Notes: a model not told the origin generated them from the sequence alone. 60,525 bases of DNA from an uncultured Gammaproteobacteria bacterium (GCA_964349125.1 CAYGFH010000005.1:38211-98735), one strand, 5' to 3'; shown: positions 1 through 10,370, counted from the stretch's first letter. A program made the numbers and translations.

Positions 1-55
1 GTCCTCTTCAATGAGATCCGCAAAAATCAACAGGCGCTCCGTAGTGCTCCCAGGG
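1..55. repeat. Exact direct repeat of 144..198 (3' end of the sortase gene); probably continues left of the window
   Basis: gtcctcttcaatgagatccgcaaaaatcaacaggcgctccgtagtgctcccaggg occurs at 1..55 and 144..198. Confidence 0.95.
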
Positions 56-128
56 CGGTTTACCCCGTAGACACGCTCTTGCAAAGCACGGCTGTAAGCC
101 CTGTGAGCAGGGAAGTGTTCTACAACTG

Positions 129-971
129 TTAGATCTGTTTGCCGTCCTCTTCAATGAGATCCGCAAAAATCAACAGGCGCTCCGTAGTGCTCCCAGGGGG
201 CCAGCATGTTTGCAGGATCAGATTCTTCTTCCCGGCGTATGGTATCAGGTAAGAGATAGAACTTGGAGATACTACCTTTTTTGCCGTGATTTTGTACGTA
301 TATCGTTTCTTGTTATACAAGATGACGACTACATCGTCCTTTTCCAGATTCTTTACCAGATAAAATACCGCGTTGAGATCCTTCACAAACCAGTCGTAGT
401 TTGTTGAGTGGGAAAAGAGATAGACAGTTCCATCCTGGTCAGGAAAAAATGAGGTATTTGCGTGTGCAACTCCTGCCGAAAGCGCGTCTGTGTAGCCCTC
501 AGGTGAGGATGGATCCACACCTGGTATCACCATAGAATTGACACCGATTTTCGGTATGACGATGCCGAAACTGGTACTGACAGGTTCAATCACTGATCCG
601 TCAGGGGCTTTGAGCGGTTCAAAGACCACAGGCACAGCTTTTGGAAGCGGTTTAGCGGTACTGTCAACTTCCAACTGCCGTTGATCAAGCGCACCAAGAA
701 CAGAAGGGAGTTGCGAATACGCATACCGTGCTTCCATACGGATTTGAGGAATAAGCGGACCGACAATACCACCCATACCAAGCGCCAAAAGCATCAATCC
801 CAAGAACGTTCGGACGTCAAAGGTATAGCGTGCGTTCAGTTTTTGCTGCACCGTCTTTGGGTGGGGAGGCTCCACGCGGTAGAATCCGTGTAGCTCACAC
901 GGCTCTTTTGTGCCTGATTTTGCACAGGTCGGGGTTTCGCAGTATTGATAGATAACTCCCCACTGATTCAT
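129..971 (-). CDS. Sortase family protein
   Basis: N-terminal TM helix, FSHS His motif, LQTCWPPG catalytic Cys followed by Arg (TERL). Confidence 0.9.
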   Translation of the reverse strand: MNQWGVIYQYCETPTCAKSGTKEPCELHGFYRVEPPHPKTVQQKLNARYTFDVRTFLGLMLLALGMGGIVGPLIPQIRMEARYAYSQLPSVLGALDQRQLEVDSTAKPLPKAVPVVFEPLKAPDGSVIEPVSTSFGIVIPKIGVNSMVIPGVDPSSPEGYTDALSAGVAHANTSFFPDQDGTVYLFSHSTNYDWFVKDLNAVFYLVKNLEKDDVVVILYNKKRYTYKITAKKVVSPSSISYLIPYAGKKNLILQTCWPPGSTTERLLIFADLIEEDGKQI

Positions 972-980
972 ATATTTTTT

Positions 981-1013
981 GTCTTTGCGAGGAGCTTGCG
1001 ACGAAGCAATCTC
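981..1013. repeat. REP-like palindromic element (GTCnTTGCGAGGAG...GAAGCAATC type)
   Basis: gtctttgcgaggagcttgcgacgaagcaatctc in an intergenic position. Confidence 0.6.
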
Positions 1014-1066
1014 TCAGGCAAAGATATCTTAAACTTAATTGAACAATTATACACTATAGGACTATA

Positions 1067-1828
1067 TTAGTCAAGTCTGGTGGCGTAGGGGATTTCTGGA
1101 ATTTGTTCAGTTTTTACGAGAGAAAATATATCAGGGACTACCGATTCCCAGCACATAGCGCCGGGGGATTTCTGATTCATGTATGTATTCAAGGCGATTA
1201 TCCAGGATATATTCTCGTGCATTGCTTCCGTTACCTGGGCAAATAGTACGCCTCCCGGTGCGAGTTGGGCATACAGTCTGCGATACAATTCCAAAGAAAT
1301 ATCAGGATAGGGGGATAAATAGTCACTCGTTCCAGCCTTTTGTGGGTAAAAATATATCAGTCGGAAACCGTCTATCCCTCGTCATATTTTCACTGCTTCC
1401 AAATCAGTCCAAAGCTTTTCCAGCAACATATCTCCGTTTACCGGATAGATATGCATGTCGTTGTACGAGGGCAAATGTTTATTTGCCAGACCAAGGGCAA
1501 CACCGTTTGTGAGCACACCGGCAGTATGTAGATCAGCAAGTACGCGCGGTGCGCCTGCCGCGTTGAGAATGTTTACCGGATTGCCGTTGTGTAGTTCTGT
1601 TTCTAGCCATGGAATCACACCTCCGGCGCGCATCACGAATTCGGGACGCACTATGGTAAAATGGTTTTGAAAATCAGTAAACGGGAGAGCCGGTTTTTTC
1701 CATACTTTTAGCGGATTTTCATTCTCTTGTTGGGCTGTGAACTCATTGGTTTGGAGTATGGCCTGTATGGCCGCATCTCGCTCAGATGTTATATTGATTG
1801 TCGGGCCAAGTTCAGGTGTGGTTTGCAT
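1067..1828 (-). pseudogene. Class I SAM-methyltransferase-like gene interrupted by a single in-frame TGA (1382..1384)
   Basis: ORFs 1382..1828 and 1067..1294 share a frame. Manual translation across the stop gives DLEAVKI*RGIDGFRLIYFYPQKAG...LYRRLYAQLAPGGVLFAQ with no other stop. Motif-I-like ILNAAGA and the LxPGG motif are present. Confidence 0.7.
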
Positions 1829-1836
1829 AGCGTGTG

Positions 1837-3528
1837 TTACTGCGTTGATACCGTCCCATATCTAGCCAAAAAAGCATCCAGTGGCATTACGGCAAGCAGG
1901 CAGGGTTCCTCACGGCTTTTTGTGCCGATATGGCTTGGTAAATCCTGTATTCTTCGCCTGAATGAGTAGAGGTATGCTTGATTTCTGATGTTTGAGGCAA
2001 TCCGCGCTTCAGGAAGCTGCTCTATAATGGTGAAACCTAAACGTGTAAGCGCACGGACAAACCGTGCATTGGTAGCAATACTTACCGCCTTCGGCGTTAC
2101 AAAGTCAGGGAGTCCCAATAGCTCTTGCGACTGGATAATCCAGTCAGCAATTGCCTGCAGTGATGTCTGCGCCACAGCGTAGCCGTCAGTATATGATGCA
2201 ATTGCTTCAGGGATTAATTCTTTTTCCTCCGTCAATTTGGGTTCAATGTGCAGATTAAACAACAAATCATTTGGCATGATAGTTATGTTATACGCTGGGA
2301 TATGAGTAGGGGAGCCTATGTATATAATAGGTTCAATTTTGATATCCTGGTCAAAGACTTCCAATTTCGCATCTCCATGCAGGAAATCCAATCGCTGGTC
2401 TTGTGAGTAGTTCAGCTGCACAGCCAAGTCTCCAATAGGGAGGTGTTCATTTTTATGTGGCCGTAATTGGTAGTATGACCCCGCAGCATCGTATGGTGAG
2501 AGAAGCGCTTTTACCATTGCCCCACGGGATGGAAAACCAAGCTCAGAAGCAAATTGGGAAAATCCAATCTGTTGGATGATCCCCGTGAGGAGTGCAACGG
2601 TTGTAGTCTCTAGGTTAGACGCGTGTCCATACCTGGCAATTGCTTCCGCACAGATCATTTCCCACTGATGTTCAACAATACGCTGTTGGATTTCTGTCCG
2701 CATAGATTCGTCAATCTGCTTTTGAGTGAGGGAATGCAACTGGTGTGCAACCAGATGTCCTGTCCCGCGTCCGGTACCTACATTCCCTTGTACAACACCT
2801 CCGATAACTTCAGATGTTTGCAGCGCTTGCAGGTAGGTGAATAATTCAATTCGTGTGACAGGATTCATAATCATGTCATTTCTTTGTTCTTTTGTTGCAC
2901 GAAGGAATTTTGTGTATGTTTCAGTGAACTGTGGGGGGAAGAATCCCAGATAGGCGTATTCGGCCGACAAGCCTTTTTTAGTCTGTTCTGTGCTTTTTTT
3001 TGAACTTTCAAATACCACCTTCCACGCCAATGATTTATTACGCAGTTGATAGGAATTGCTTAGTGGTGCGGCTTCAAAGCCACGGGTTATTTGAGAAAAC
3101 ATGGTTACTGAGACAAAGTCATTACTTGGGATGGTGATGTGCATCCGATCAGGGTGCCACTCAACCACTGCCTGTTTTGCAAAAATGGTTCCGTTTGTTC
3201 GGTTTACAAATAGTCGTTGGAAACACTCATATGGACTGTTCTCATAGGCCTGCTTGATCGTTGCTAGTTTCTGCGCAGTTTTAATTGATTGATTAATCCA
3301 ACGTGTAACCAAACCATCCAACCCGGGTGATAGGGAGGTATATGTTTGTTCAAGAGCCGATTGCAGTAAACGGGGATCCTCACGGACGAGTTCATACGAG
3401 GTATCTCCTAGTTCTTGAAATGATGTATAAACATGCGCAAGTGATTGTGACGCCTCAATGTACGGCGCCATAACAGTAGCAATTTCTCGTTCTTTTTGCG
3501 GGAGATCTAAATCTAACGCCTCAAGCAT
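1837..3528 (-). CDS. Hypothetical protein (~563 aa; start MLEALDL)
   Basis: Long ORF; TATAAT lies 6 nt upstream of the ATG at 3528. Confidence 0.8.
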   Translation of the reverse strand: MLEALDLDLPQKEREIATVMAPYIEASQSLAHVYTSFQELGDTSYELVREDPRLLQSALEQTYTSLSPGLDGLVTRWINQSIKTAQKLATIKQAYENSPYECFQRLFVNRTNGTIFAKQAVVEWHPDRMHITIPSNDFVSVTMFSQITRGFEAAPLSNSYQLRNKSLAWKVVFESSKKSTEQTKKGLSAEYAYLGFFPPQFTETYTKFLRATKEQRNDMIMNPVTRIELFTYLQALQTSEVIGGVVQGNVGTGRGTGHLVAHQLHSLTQKQIDESMRTEIQQRIVEHQWEMICAEAIARYGHASNLETTTVALLTGIIQQIGFSQFASELGFPSRGAMVKALLSPYDAAGSYYQLRPHKNEHLPIGDLAVQLNYSQDQRLDFLHGDAKLEVFDQDIKIEPIIYIGSPTHIPAYNITIMPNDLLFNLHIEPKLTEEKELIPEAIASYTDGYAVAQTSLQAIADWIIQSQELLGLPDFVTPKAVSIATNARFVRALTRLGFTIIEQLPEARIASNIRNQAYLYSFRRRIQDLPSHIGTKSREEPCLLAVMPLDAFLARYGTVSTQ

Positions 3529-3620
3529 TCGCGTATTATAGGATATATCAGCGATAATCACAAGACCGGTTATAAATTCTAATTATACTAATTTCTAATT
3601 ATCCTAAGTTCTAAGATTAA

Positions 3621-3993
3621 CTAGGCTAATTTCTGACTTATTTTCTTATAAATTGAGTTAAAGATTAAATGAAACTCAGTCGCTTCCTGCAAAAGCACAG
3701 GTATTTTAGGAGCACAGTCGGGGAGTGCTGTCATGAACATTCGAAGGAAGTGCTTAGTTTCCCTACTTCTTTTTTGCATATCCCAATTTTATGTCGGAAA
3801 TCAAGGCTACTTTCAGCATCATCAGCTTCACAATAGTTTGCGCCTATGCTCGTCCCCGATTTAACGAGTTGAACGATTAATGGTGTAGTGATCGGCGTTC
3901 GAGGGAGTGAATTGCAAAATTTATAATCTCTTCTCCGAATCTGGCAGTACTTTCTTCTAGATCGTATATTTTCTTTTTCTGTTCACCCGTCAT
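3621..3993 (-). pseudogene. Four-helix-bundle protein (23S rRNA-IVP/bAvd-like family) with two 1-nt frameshifts
   Basis: Joined frames give MTGEQKKKIYDLEESTARFGEEIINFA/PRTPITTPLIVQLVKSGTSIGANYCEADDAESSLDFRHKIGICKKE/RETKHFLRM...EFHLIFNSIYKKISQKLA*; SGTSIGANYxEA is the family signature. Confidence 0.85.
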
Positions 3994-4088
3994 ATTAGGT
4001 AATTAGAAATTAGGTTAATTAGATCAATTAGACGTTAGGTTTATTAGAACAATTAGACATTGATTAATTAGAGCTATTATACAACCCG

Positions 4089-4466
4089 TCACTCATCTTT
4101 TTTCCCTGAGCCTTGCCAGACGAGTTCCACTTGTCTGGTGGTTGCCTGTTTAGCCAGCTTTATCGCGGCGTCGTACTGGCCCTGTTTTATGAGTTCTTCC
4201 ACGCTGGTTTGAGCACTACGGGTAATATTTTCTTCATACTCTCTCATGTAGGGGATGACGATTGGTGCTAGTTCAGTAGCATGGTTATCCAAATGCGGGA
4301 TCGCGCGGTAGAGCTCTTCCAGAGACATGCCGGGCGTCAGTGTCTGGAGCGCGATGGTCGAAAGTTGTTGCGCGCGCGCTTCGGTAATAGTGCCATCTTC
4401 AAGCAGTTGCTTGATTAGCTCGACAATTTTCAGTTCTATATCTTGTCGGATTTCTTCGGGAGACAT
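4089..4466 (-). CDS. Hypothetical helical protein (125 aa; start MSPEEIRQDIELK)
   Basis: Coding-like composition; TACAAT lies 6 nt upstream of the ATG at 4466. Confidence 0.8.
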   Translation of the reverse strand: MSPEEIRQDIELKIVELIKQLLEDGTITEARAQQLSTIALQTLTPGMSLEELYRAIPHLDNHATELAPIVIPYMREYEENITRSAQTSVEELIKQGQYDAAIKLAKQATTRQVELVWQGSGKKDE

Positions 4467-4758
4467 GACGTTATTGTATATGATTTTTACGCAAATCGTT
4501 ATAGTGGAATAATCCAAATAAGGCCTATAATATTGACTTCTTCTTTTCTTTCTGATAGACTTTATACGTTTTGTAGACCGCCAGAAAACGCAATTTGCTG
4601 CGATACACGGTGCTCCGCAAAATTCGTACATTAACATGGGGGATATAGTTGCTTTTTGATAATGTATGAATTGGTCATTGTCAAATAGCCTTATATGGGA
4701 AGAAGACTATCTTCTTATATTAGGCTGTTTGACCCAATGAATAATATGAGGAGATATC

Positions 4759-5112
4759 ATGCGAACCCCGATACGTGAACTACTGCTTCAAAAGAACGGA
4801 AAAAGAGAAGGTGAATCCGTCAAAGAATGGCTCGTCCGCATAACAGCAGACAGCCATCCGGATGACCATAAGCATAGAAGCGCTTTGTTCGACGACCTCT
4901 GCATCTATTGCGGTTGGATAGGACCAGAAGCTAAATGTGCTGACTGCAATGAGCCCGCCATCGCCCACGCGAGGATTTATGTGGAAATGGTGGAGAAATT
5001 GGGCCCCGAAATGGCGGAACTCTGTCTTAGCAAGTTTGGCTTTGCGATTGTTCTTCCGCCAGTCACTGTGTCCATTAAACAACGTCGTCCGTTTTCGGAT
5101 CGACTGAATTAA
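4759..5112 (+). CDS. Small hypothetical protein with putative Zn-ribbon (CxxC...CxxC)
   Basis: CIYC and CADC pairs; GAGGAG upstream. Confidence 0.7.
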   Translation: MRTPIRELLLQKNGKREGESVKEWLVRITADSHPDDHKHRSALFDDLCIYCGWIGPEAKCADCNEPAIAHARIYVEMVEKLGPEMAELCLSKFGFAIVLPPVTVSIKQRRPFSDRLN

Positions 5113-5483
5113 AATTTAAAATTGTCCTGGGTCAAAAAGATAATTATAATCAACAATATAGGATCATCATGAGCTTAGCCCGCTCATCCAGACGATGTTC
5201 CATTATGTGTTGGTCGACGTTTTGCTTGTGGCGATTTTTTTGCCGCTCGTTTCTCGTTGCCCCATGTTAATTATCTTTCCTCAAGTTGCTCACATGCAAA
5301 GTGTAAATCTTTTCCTTCGAGTGGGTTTTTTTGTGGAATAATCCAGATGATATCTTGTATCGTTCTGCTATCATGCCTGTCGCGTTTGACGCGATACCGG
5401 TATATATCCTCGAAGTGGGCATGATAGCATTATTATTTCTCGGTGTTGTCCATGATACACTTATCCCATACCCGCCGATTGCT

Positions 5484-6098
5484 ATGAACGAAACTCAGGA
5501 AACTGATGTTGCAAAAGTTGTATTGGTGTCTCCCATGGATCTCTGGAACGGGACGATCATGGATCCCGATTCGGGACTGTCACTGGTGTCATTTGATTCA
5601 GATCTGTTGACATACGAACGTGCGGTGGGGGCACGTCTTAATCCAGCTATTGCATACACTTTTATAGACAAAGAAGCAGACACGTCAGAAGCAGCTATCA
5701 GATCCCGCTTGGAAGCCAGAAAAACAGATCCCTCCACCGCGATGTTTGAGATCAGAGATAGAGACGGAGCGTACCTGGGCGAGGTTGAACTGTTGGAGAT
5801 TCATGCGGGCCGAAAGGAAGCCTATATCGGCGTTGCGATTGCACACACAGATCATCAACAGCAAGGGATAGGCACGAAAGCCGTACATATGCTGCTTTCA
5901 CATGCAAAAACCTGTGGCATGAACCGTGTCTTTGCTGCGGTGGACGGCAACAACGACGCATCGGTAAAACTGTTCGGCAGATTGCCTGTTACAGTTCATC
6001 AGTTCGATGAAGATGACCACAACATGCTGGATATGGAAATACACCTGGATCAATGGGAGCCCGATGTGGATGTGAAGTGGATTCCACGTTCTATATGA
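5484..6098 (+). CDS. GNAT family (RimJ/RimL-like) N-acetyltransferase
   Basis: IGVAIAHTDHQQQGIGT acetyl-CoA motif and NNDASVKLF; start chosen at MNETQ. Confidence 0.85.
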   Translation: MNETQETDVAKVVLVSPMDLWNGTIMDPDSGLSLVSFDSDLLTYERAVGARLNPAIAYTFIDKEADTSEAAIRSRLEARKTDPSTAMFEIRDRDGAYLGEVELLEIHAGRKEAYIGVAIAHTDHQQQGIGTKAVHMLLSHAKTCGMNRVFAAVDGNNDASVKLFGRLPVTVHQFDEDDHNMLDMEIHLDQWEPDVDVKWIPRSI

Positions 6099-6155
6099 AT
6101 CAAATCCTTATCCGATCGTGGGCAGAATGAAATTTTGCGATCGAGGTATGAGTAC

Positions 6156-6824
6156 TCAAACTAACCCCAAATTCTCGATGGAAGTAGTATAAAATTTACC
6201 ACCGACAGTTTGACCGTTGGACCATATTCTGTGCGGATTCGTATCGGGGAGTAAGTCAGTTTCATACTGAAACACTCTCCGTTGATCACCGTATATACCG
6301 GCACCATTTATATCAACTACAATATCCGGCCCCCATGCTTTAATCAGGTCTCTATGTGACTCATAGGCTGCTTCTAAGGTCATAGGGATCAAATACGCCT
6401 TTTGAGGATTGGTGATAAATGCGATGCGTCTACGAAGTATCTCTATAGCCTGTTTTGATGTTGGGTTGGGTGCATATCGAAATCCTTCTAATAGCGCCTG
6501 ATCTACCGTATCATATGGGAGAGGATCAATAATCATTGGTTTGTGGACTTCAGTAATAAAGCCGTTTATCCCAGCACCCACTTCCAATACCTTTAGCTTG
6601 TGTTTTTTTATAAATTGAAGTGAACCTGAAGGGATAAATCCTCCTCGTTCATACGTTGGTGCGTCATGAGCCGTAACATATGTATCAGGTAAATTTGGAA
6701 GATCTATGGTTAAAAAGAGGTGCCCATCCCGACCGATCGAAAAGCGTATGATATCGTGTCGATAATCGAACACATTTTCAGATACATGCCTGTCAGCTCT
6801 CGGCATCAATTCCTGCGGTCTCAT
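6156..6824 (-). CDS. Hypothetical protein, possible methyltransferase fold
   Basis: LKVLEVGAG motif-I-like stretch; TATAAT 6 nt upstream of the ATG. Confidence 0.7.
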   Translation of the reverse strand: MRPQELMPRADRHVSENVFDYRHDIIRFSIGRDGHLFLTIDLPNLPDTYVTAHDAPTYERGGFIPSGSLQFIKKHKLKVLEVGAGINGFITEVHKPMIIDPLPYDTVDQALLEGFRYAPNPTSKQAIEILRRRIAFITNPQKAYLIPMTLEAAYESHRDLIKAWGPDIVVDINGAGIYGDQRRVFQYETDLLPDTNPHRIWSNGQTVGGKFYTTSIENLGLV

Positions 6825-6915
6825 GCAAGTATTATACTATAAGATAATTTTGAAGTCAGTAGCGTATAAGGTCTGGGATGGCGCATGTAGTCAACACATA
6901 TGCCGTTTTTCATTT

Positions 6916-6941
6916 GCTATCATGTAACGGTGCATGATAGC
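6916..6941. repeat. Palindrome GCTATCATG-N8-CATGATAGC, copy 1
   Basis: Second copy at 20950..20975 with one mismatch. Confidence 0.8.
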
Positions 6942-7184
6942 ACATCCCGAAAAAGTATTTATCTTTACTAGAGCTGATGTATATTGAAACAATGTATGAA
7001 TGCACTGTCTATCGCAACGAATGCGATGGGAGGGGAAAAAATAAAACCGGAGAAAAGAAATGCAAAAAATACATATAATACAGCAATAAGACTGTTCAAA
7101 TATCATACTAATAATGTAAAAACAGATACCTCATAGACGAGGATGTGACTATGAGGTCTGTTTTTACGCATGACTAGGCGATTA

Positions 7185-7403
7185 CTATTCGAACGGCCAT
7201 GCGCCTTTCTCCCAAACAACTTTCGTGCGGGGTCGAGGAAAATAGTATGCGATGACTGGTGAAACCAGGATGCATAATATCCCAACGACCCAATAGGATT
7301 GAGTGCAAGCGTAAACGCCCAATCCGATCCCAACGATAAGGATCAATAACTTGATAAAGATATTGCGATAGTCCCATTTGTAGGTCGGTCTTTGTGGTGC
7401 CAT
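7185..7403 (-). CDS. Small two-TM membrane protein
   Basis: 72 aa with two hydrophobic segments; AGGAGA upstream. Confidence 0.7.
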   Translation of the reverse strand: MAPQRPTYKWDYRNIFIKLLILIVGIGLGVYACTQSYWVVGILCILVSPVIAYYFPRPRTKVVWEKGAWPFE

Positions 7404-7686
7404 TGTTGCGATTCTCCTTTGTACACTAGAATTTTGACTTTTTGCGATTCGATTATCCTCGTAGCTATGGGAATCCGAAAGTCAAAAATTTGACATGCAG
7501 ATTGCCATAGCCAGAAAATAATATTCTTTCTCTCCGGTTTTTAAGGTACAAAAAAGGCTCATTGATAGAGTATCGCGCGATTGCGAACAATCCAATCAGC
7601 CGCGTGTATTCTAGCATATTTACTATAGGTTGTCAATCTCTTTTGCGACTAGGCAAGTGTGGTATAAGTTTGTTACGATAGATTTT

Positions 7687-8982
7687 ATGAGTGATAATTC
7701 TTCTAACTTGCCGTATAAAAAAACAGTATTTGCCAATGGTGCGAGGGTCCTGATGATCCCTATGGTCGGTGTCAACAGTGTCGCCACCTCCGTGATGGTC
7801 GGGGTGGGGAGCAGATACGAAACACCGGAGATAAACGGTATCAGTCACTTTTTGGAACACATGGTATTTAAGGGGACAACGAAATATCCTACCACCGAAG
7901 ACGTCAACACGATAGAGCGCGCGGGTGGCCTCCAAAACGCATACACAGATATCGATATTACCAATTACCATAACAAAGTACTTGGTGAAGATTGGGAGCT
8001 AGCACTGGACATCAACAAAGAATTAGCCATACATCCGAGTCTCGAACAGCAATACATAGATAAAGAACGGGATGTCATTCTTGAAGAAATGAAGCGCTAT
8101 GATGATGAGCCGGCTGCCAAGGTCGGGGAGACATTCCATAGTATGATGTACCCGAATTCACGCCTCGGCATGAGAATCATCGGAGAAGTCGAATCGCTCA
8201 AGTCTTCTGATGCGGCAACGCTTCGCGCCTACCACTCAGCGTGGTACAAACCCGAAAAGATGGTTGTCGTACTGGCAGGGAAGTTAGATGCGCTTGATGC
8301 AGTGTCAGCCAAAACAGCAGAGTGGTTTGGAAATTTGAAGGCAGAAAAAACAGCCGAGGTTGAAAAGGTCGCCAATGATTCGCAAGATGCGCCACATGTT
8401 GCAGTAGTAACTAAACCCGATGCCCAACAGGCGCACATAAACGTCGGCCTTCGCACGTTTGCCAGGGGCAATGAAGACCGGTTTGCCTGGGGGTTATTTA
8501 ACCTTATTATGGGTGTTTCCTTTACCTCTCGCTTATTCAAGGAAGTCAGGGAAAAACGGGGGCTGTGTTATCACGTACGAAGCAGCAGCGATAATTGGGT
8601 TGATGTTGGATACTGGTCAATTTATGCTGGCGTCGCCACAGCAAAAGTGGAAGAAGCTCTTAAAGCAATCCTGCATGAAGTTTCCGTAGCTGTTGACACA
8701 GGCGTCACAGAAGAGGAGCTCACAGTGGCCAAAAAAAGACTCAAAACCATGCTGGCATTTAAAAGCGAAGATCCTGAGTTTATGGGGGAGTTTTATGGCA
8801 GACAGGAAGTATTCAACGAACCGCTTATGACCATGGATCAGTATATTGAGAAATTGGATAGCGTGAATACTGCTCATATCAACGGTCTAATAAAGAAATA
8901 CTGTATACAAAAAAACCTCAATTTAGCAGTGGTTTGGAATAAGCCGGTAGACGATACATTATCTACATTGTTGGTGCTCTAG
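7687..8982 (+). CDS. M16 (pitrilysin/insulinase) family zinc peptidase
   Basis: GISHFLEHMVFKGT inverted zinc-binding motif HxxEH; C-terminal REKRGLCY. Confidence 0.95.
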   Translation: MSDNSSNLPYKKTVFANGARVLMIPMVGVNSVATSVMVGVGSRYETPEINGISHFLEHMVFKGTTKYPTTEDVNTIERAGGLQNAYTDIDITNYHNKVLGEDWELALDINKELAIHPSLEQQYIDKERDVILEEMKRYDDEPAAKVGETFHSMMYPNSRLGMRIIGEVESLKSSDAATLRAYHSAWYKPEKMVVVLAGKLDALDAVSAKTAEWFGNLKAEKTAEVEKVANDSQDAPHVAVVTKPDAQQAHINVGLRTFARGNEDRFAWGLFNLIMGVSFTSRLFKEVREKRGLCYHVRSSSDNWVDVGYWSIYAGVATAKVEEALKAILHEVSVAVDTGVTEEELTVAKKRLKTMLAFKSEDPEFMGEFYGRQEVFNEPLMTMDQYIEKLDSVNTAHINGLIKKYCIQKNLNLAVVWNKPVDDTLSTLLVL

Positions 8983-9050
8983 TGGCATGTCTTGGTTTGT
9001 TGACAAACAGAGCGTCATTTGTCAGGATGTGTCTATAAGAGGTGTGCTAT

Positions 9051-9812
9051 ATGCAGTTTCAGTCAAAAAGATCTCCCCTCGTGTTTGTTATCCCATTTGC
9101 AATCATGTTTGCGGTCGTTGGTATAGCTATGTTCGCAGCAAGTAGCGGCACAGACCTACGTAGTCATGCCAGTAACAATGCCGAAAAGAACTGTGTCGCT
9201 ACATGCACAAAAATGGGAGGATCTATGGCTCCATGCGTGAATATATGTCCCAAAGTGATCAATGGTACCGTGTCATGTAATCAGGCGGCAACTACATTAG
9301 GCATAACATCTTCTATCTTCATGACCACATGTGCCAACATCGCGCCGAAAAATAGAACATGTGACCAAATTTGCAGTAGCATACGCCTGGGTAGTACTGA
9401 AGGCGCAGGCATAGCGAAGAATGTGTGTAAAACAGTATGTGCAGATGTAACACATCGCTCCTCAACATGTGACCAGGCTTGTTCAAGCGCACTGGCATCA
9501 GTGCCACGCGGCCAATCATATCAGGGCTCATGCGCATCAATGTGCACGCAAATTCCAGTGAAAACACCCACACCAAGCGATAGACTGGAATCTCCGACCC
9601 TCACTCCTGCGCCGGCAGCTAGTAAGGCAGCATGTATGAGTAAATGTAAGCCGGCAAGAGGGTTGGCAGGGGAGAATGCGGCTGCGTATCAATCACGATG
9701 TATGAGTATTTGTACTGACATAGCTTCTGGGGTAACAACGTGTCCCACAGCATGCACTGGTATGGAGAGCTTTTGGGCGAACGAGTGTAGGTTGAAGCTT
9801 TGTTCACGGTAA
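9051..9812 (+). CDS. Membrane-anchored or secreted Cys-rich repeat protein
   Basis: N-terminal TM followed by DLRSHAS; repeated CxxxC modules; Pro/Thr linker. Confidence 0.8.
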   Translation: MQFQSKRSPLVFVIPFAIMFAVVGIAMFAASSGTDLRSHASNNAEKNCVATCTKMGGSMAPCVNICPKVINGTVSCNQAATTLGITSSIFMTTCANIAPKNRTCDQICSSIRLGSTEGAGIAKNVCKTVCADVTHRSSTCDQACSSALASVPRGQSYQGSCASMCTQIPVKTPTPSDRLESPTLTPAPAASKAACMSKCKPARGLAGENAAAYQSRCMSICTDIASGVTTCPTACTGMESFWANECRLKLCSR

Positions 9813-9864
9813 GATACAAATCTCGTAGTCATGACGAATAGACCCACTTGAAATGGGATCCTGA

Positions 9865-10308
9865 TTGCTGTATGACTACGGTAGGACTATATTCATGCCT
9901 GTTGGAGAAGCGTTCCACTTTCTTATAGATTCTACCCATCGCGCGCCGGAATTTGTACGGCCAGAAGATATGCTTCCGGCTCTTTCATCGTTTGTCATGA
10001 CGAGTACAGTGAACGAGACTGATCATACAGGCCAAAATCTGAACCATATTGAAGCACATGAATCACACATATATACCTTTGCCCGTATTCACGAGCAGGC
10101 GGATGGTGGAGCTGTGGAACAGTTTACGCGCGCAGCTGCAGCATTGAAAGCAGGAGAGTCAGTAGGAGTGACTGTGTATGTGTATGATCACCCGAAAGAC
10201 ATACCGGTGACTGCTATACGGATGTCTGATGATCAAAGAGGCATGGAAGTGCTTTTCCGATGGCCTGAAAGCATCTCTCACGATGCTGTAGGTAGTCAAA
10301 CGCAATAA
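9865..10308 (+). CDS. Hypothetical protein
   Basis: 147-aa ORF filling the gap, co-oriented with its neighbours; start uncertain. Confidence 0.6.
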   Translation: MLYDYGRTIFMPVGEAFHFLIDSTHRAPEFVRPEDMLPALSSFVMTSTVNETDHTGQNLNHIEAHESHIYTFARIHEQADGGAVEQFTRAAAALKAGESVGVTVYVYDHPKDIPVTAIRMSDDQRGMEVLFRWPESISHDAVGSQTQ

Positions 10309-10370
10309 TTGTAATTAGCTTCAAAATCCCGTACTATTAGATCAATATCAAGTATTTTTGAGGGGGATAT

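Noticed and set aside
1-3993. Diversity-generating retroelement (duplicated gene 3' end plus bAvd-like gene)
   Set aside because: The duplicate is identical with no adenine-specific mismatches, there is no reverse transcriptase in the window, and the four-helix gene is a pseudogene.
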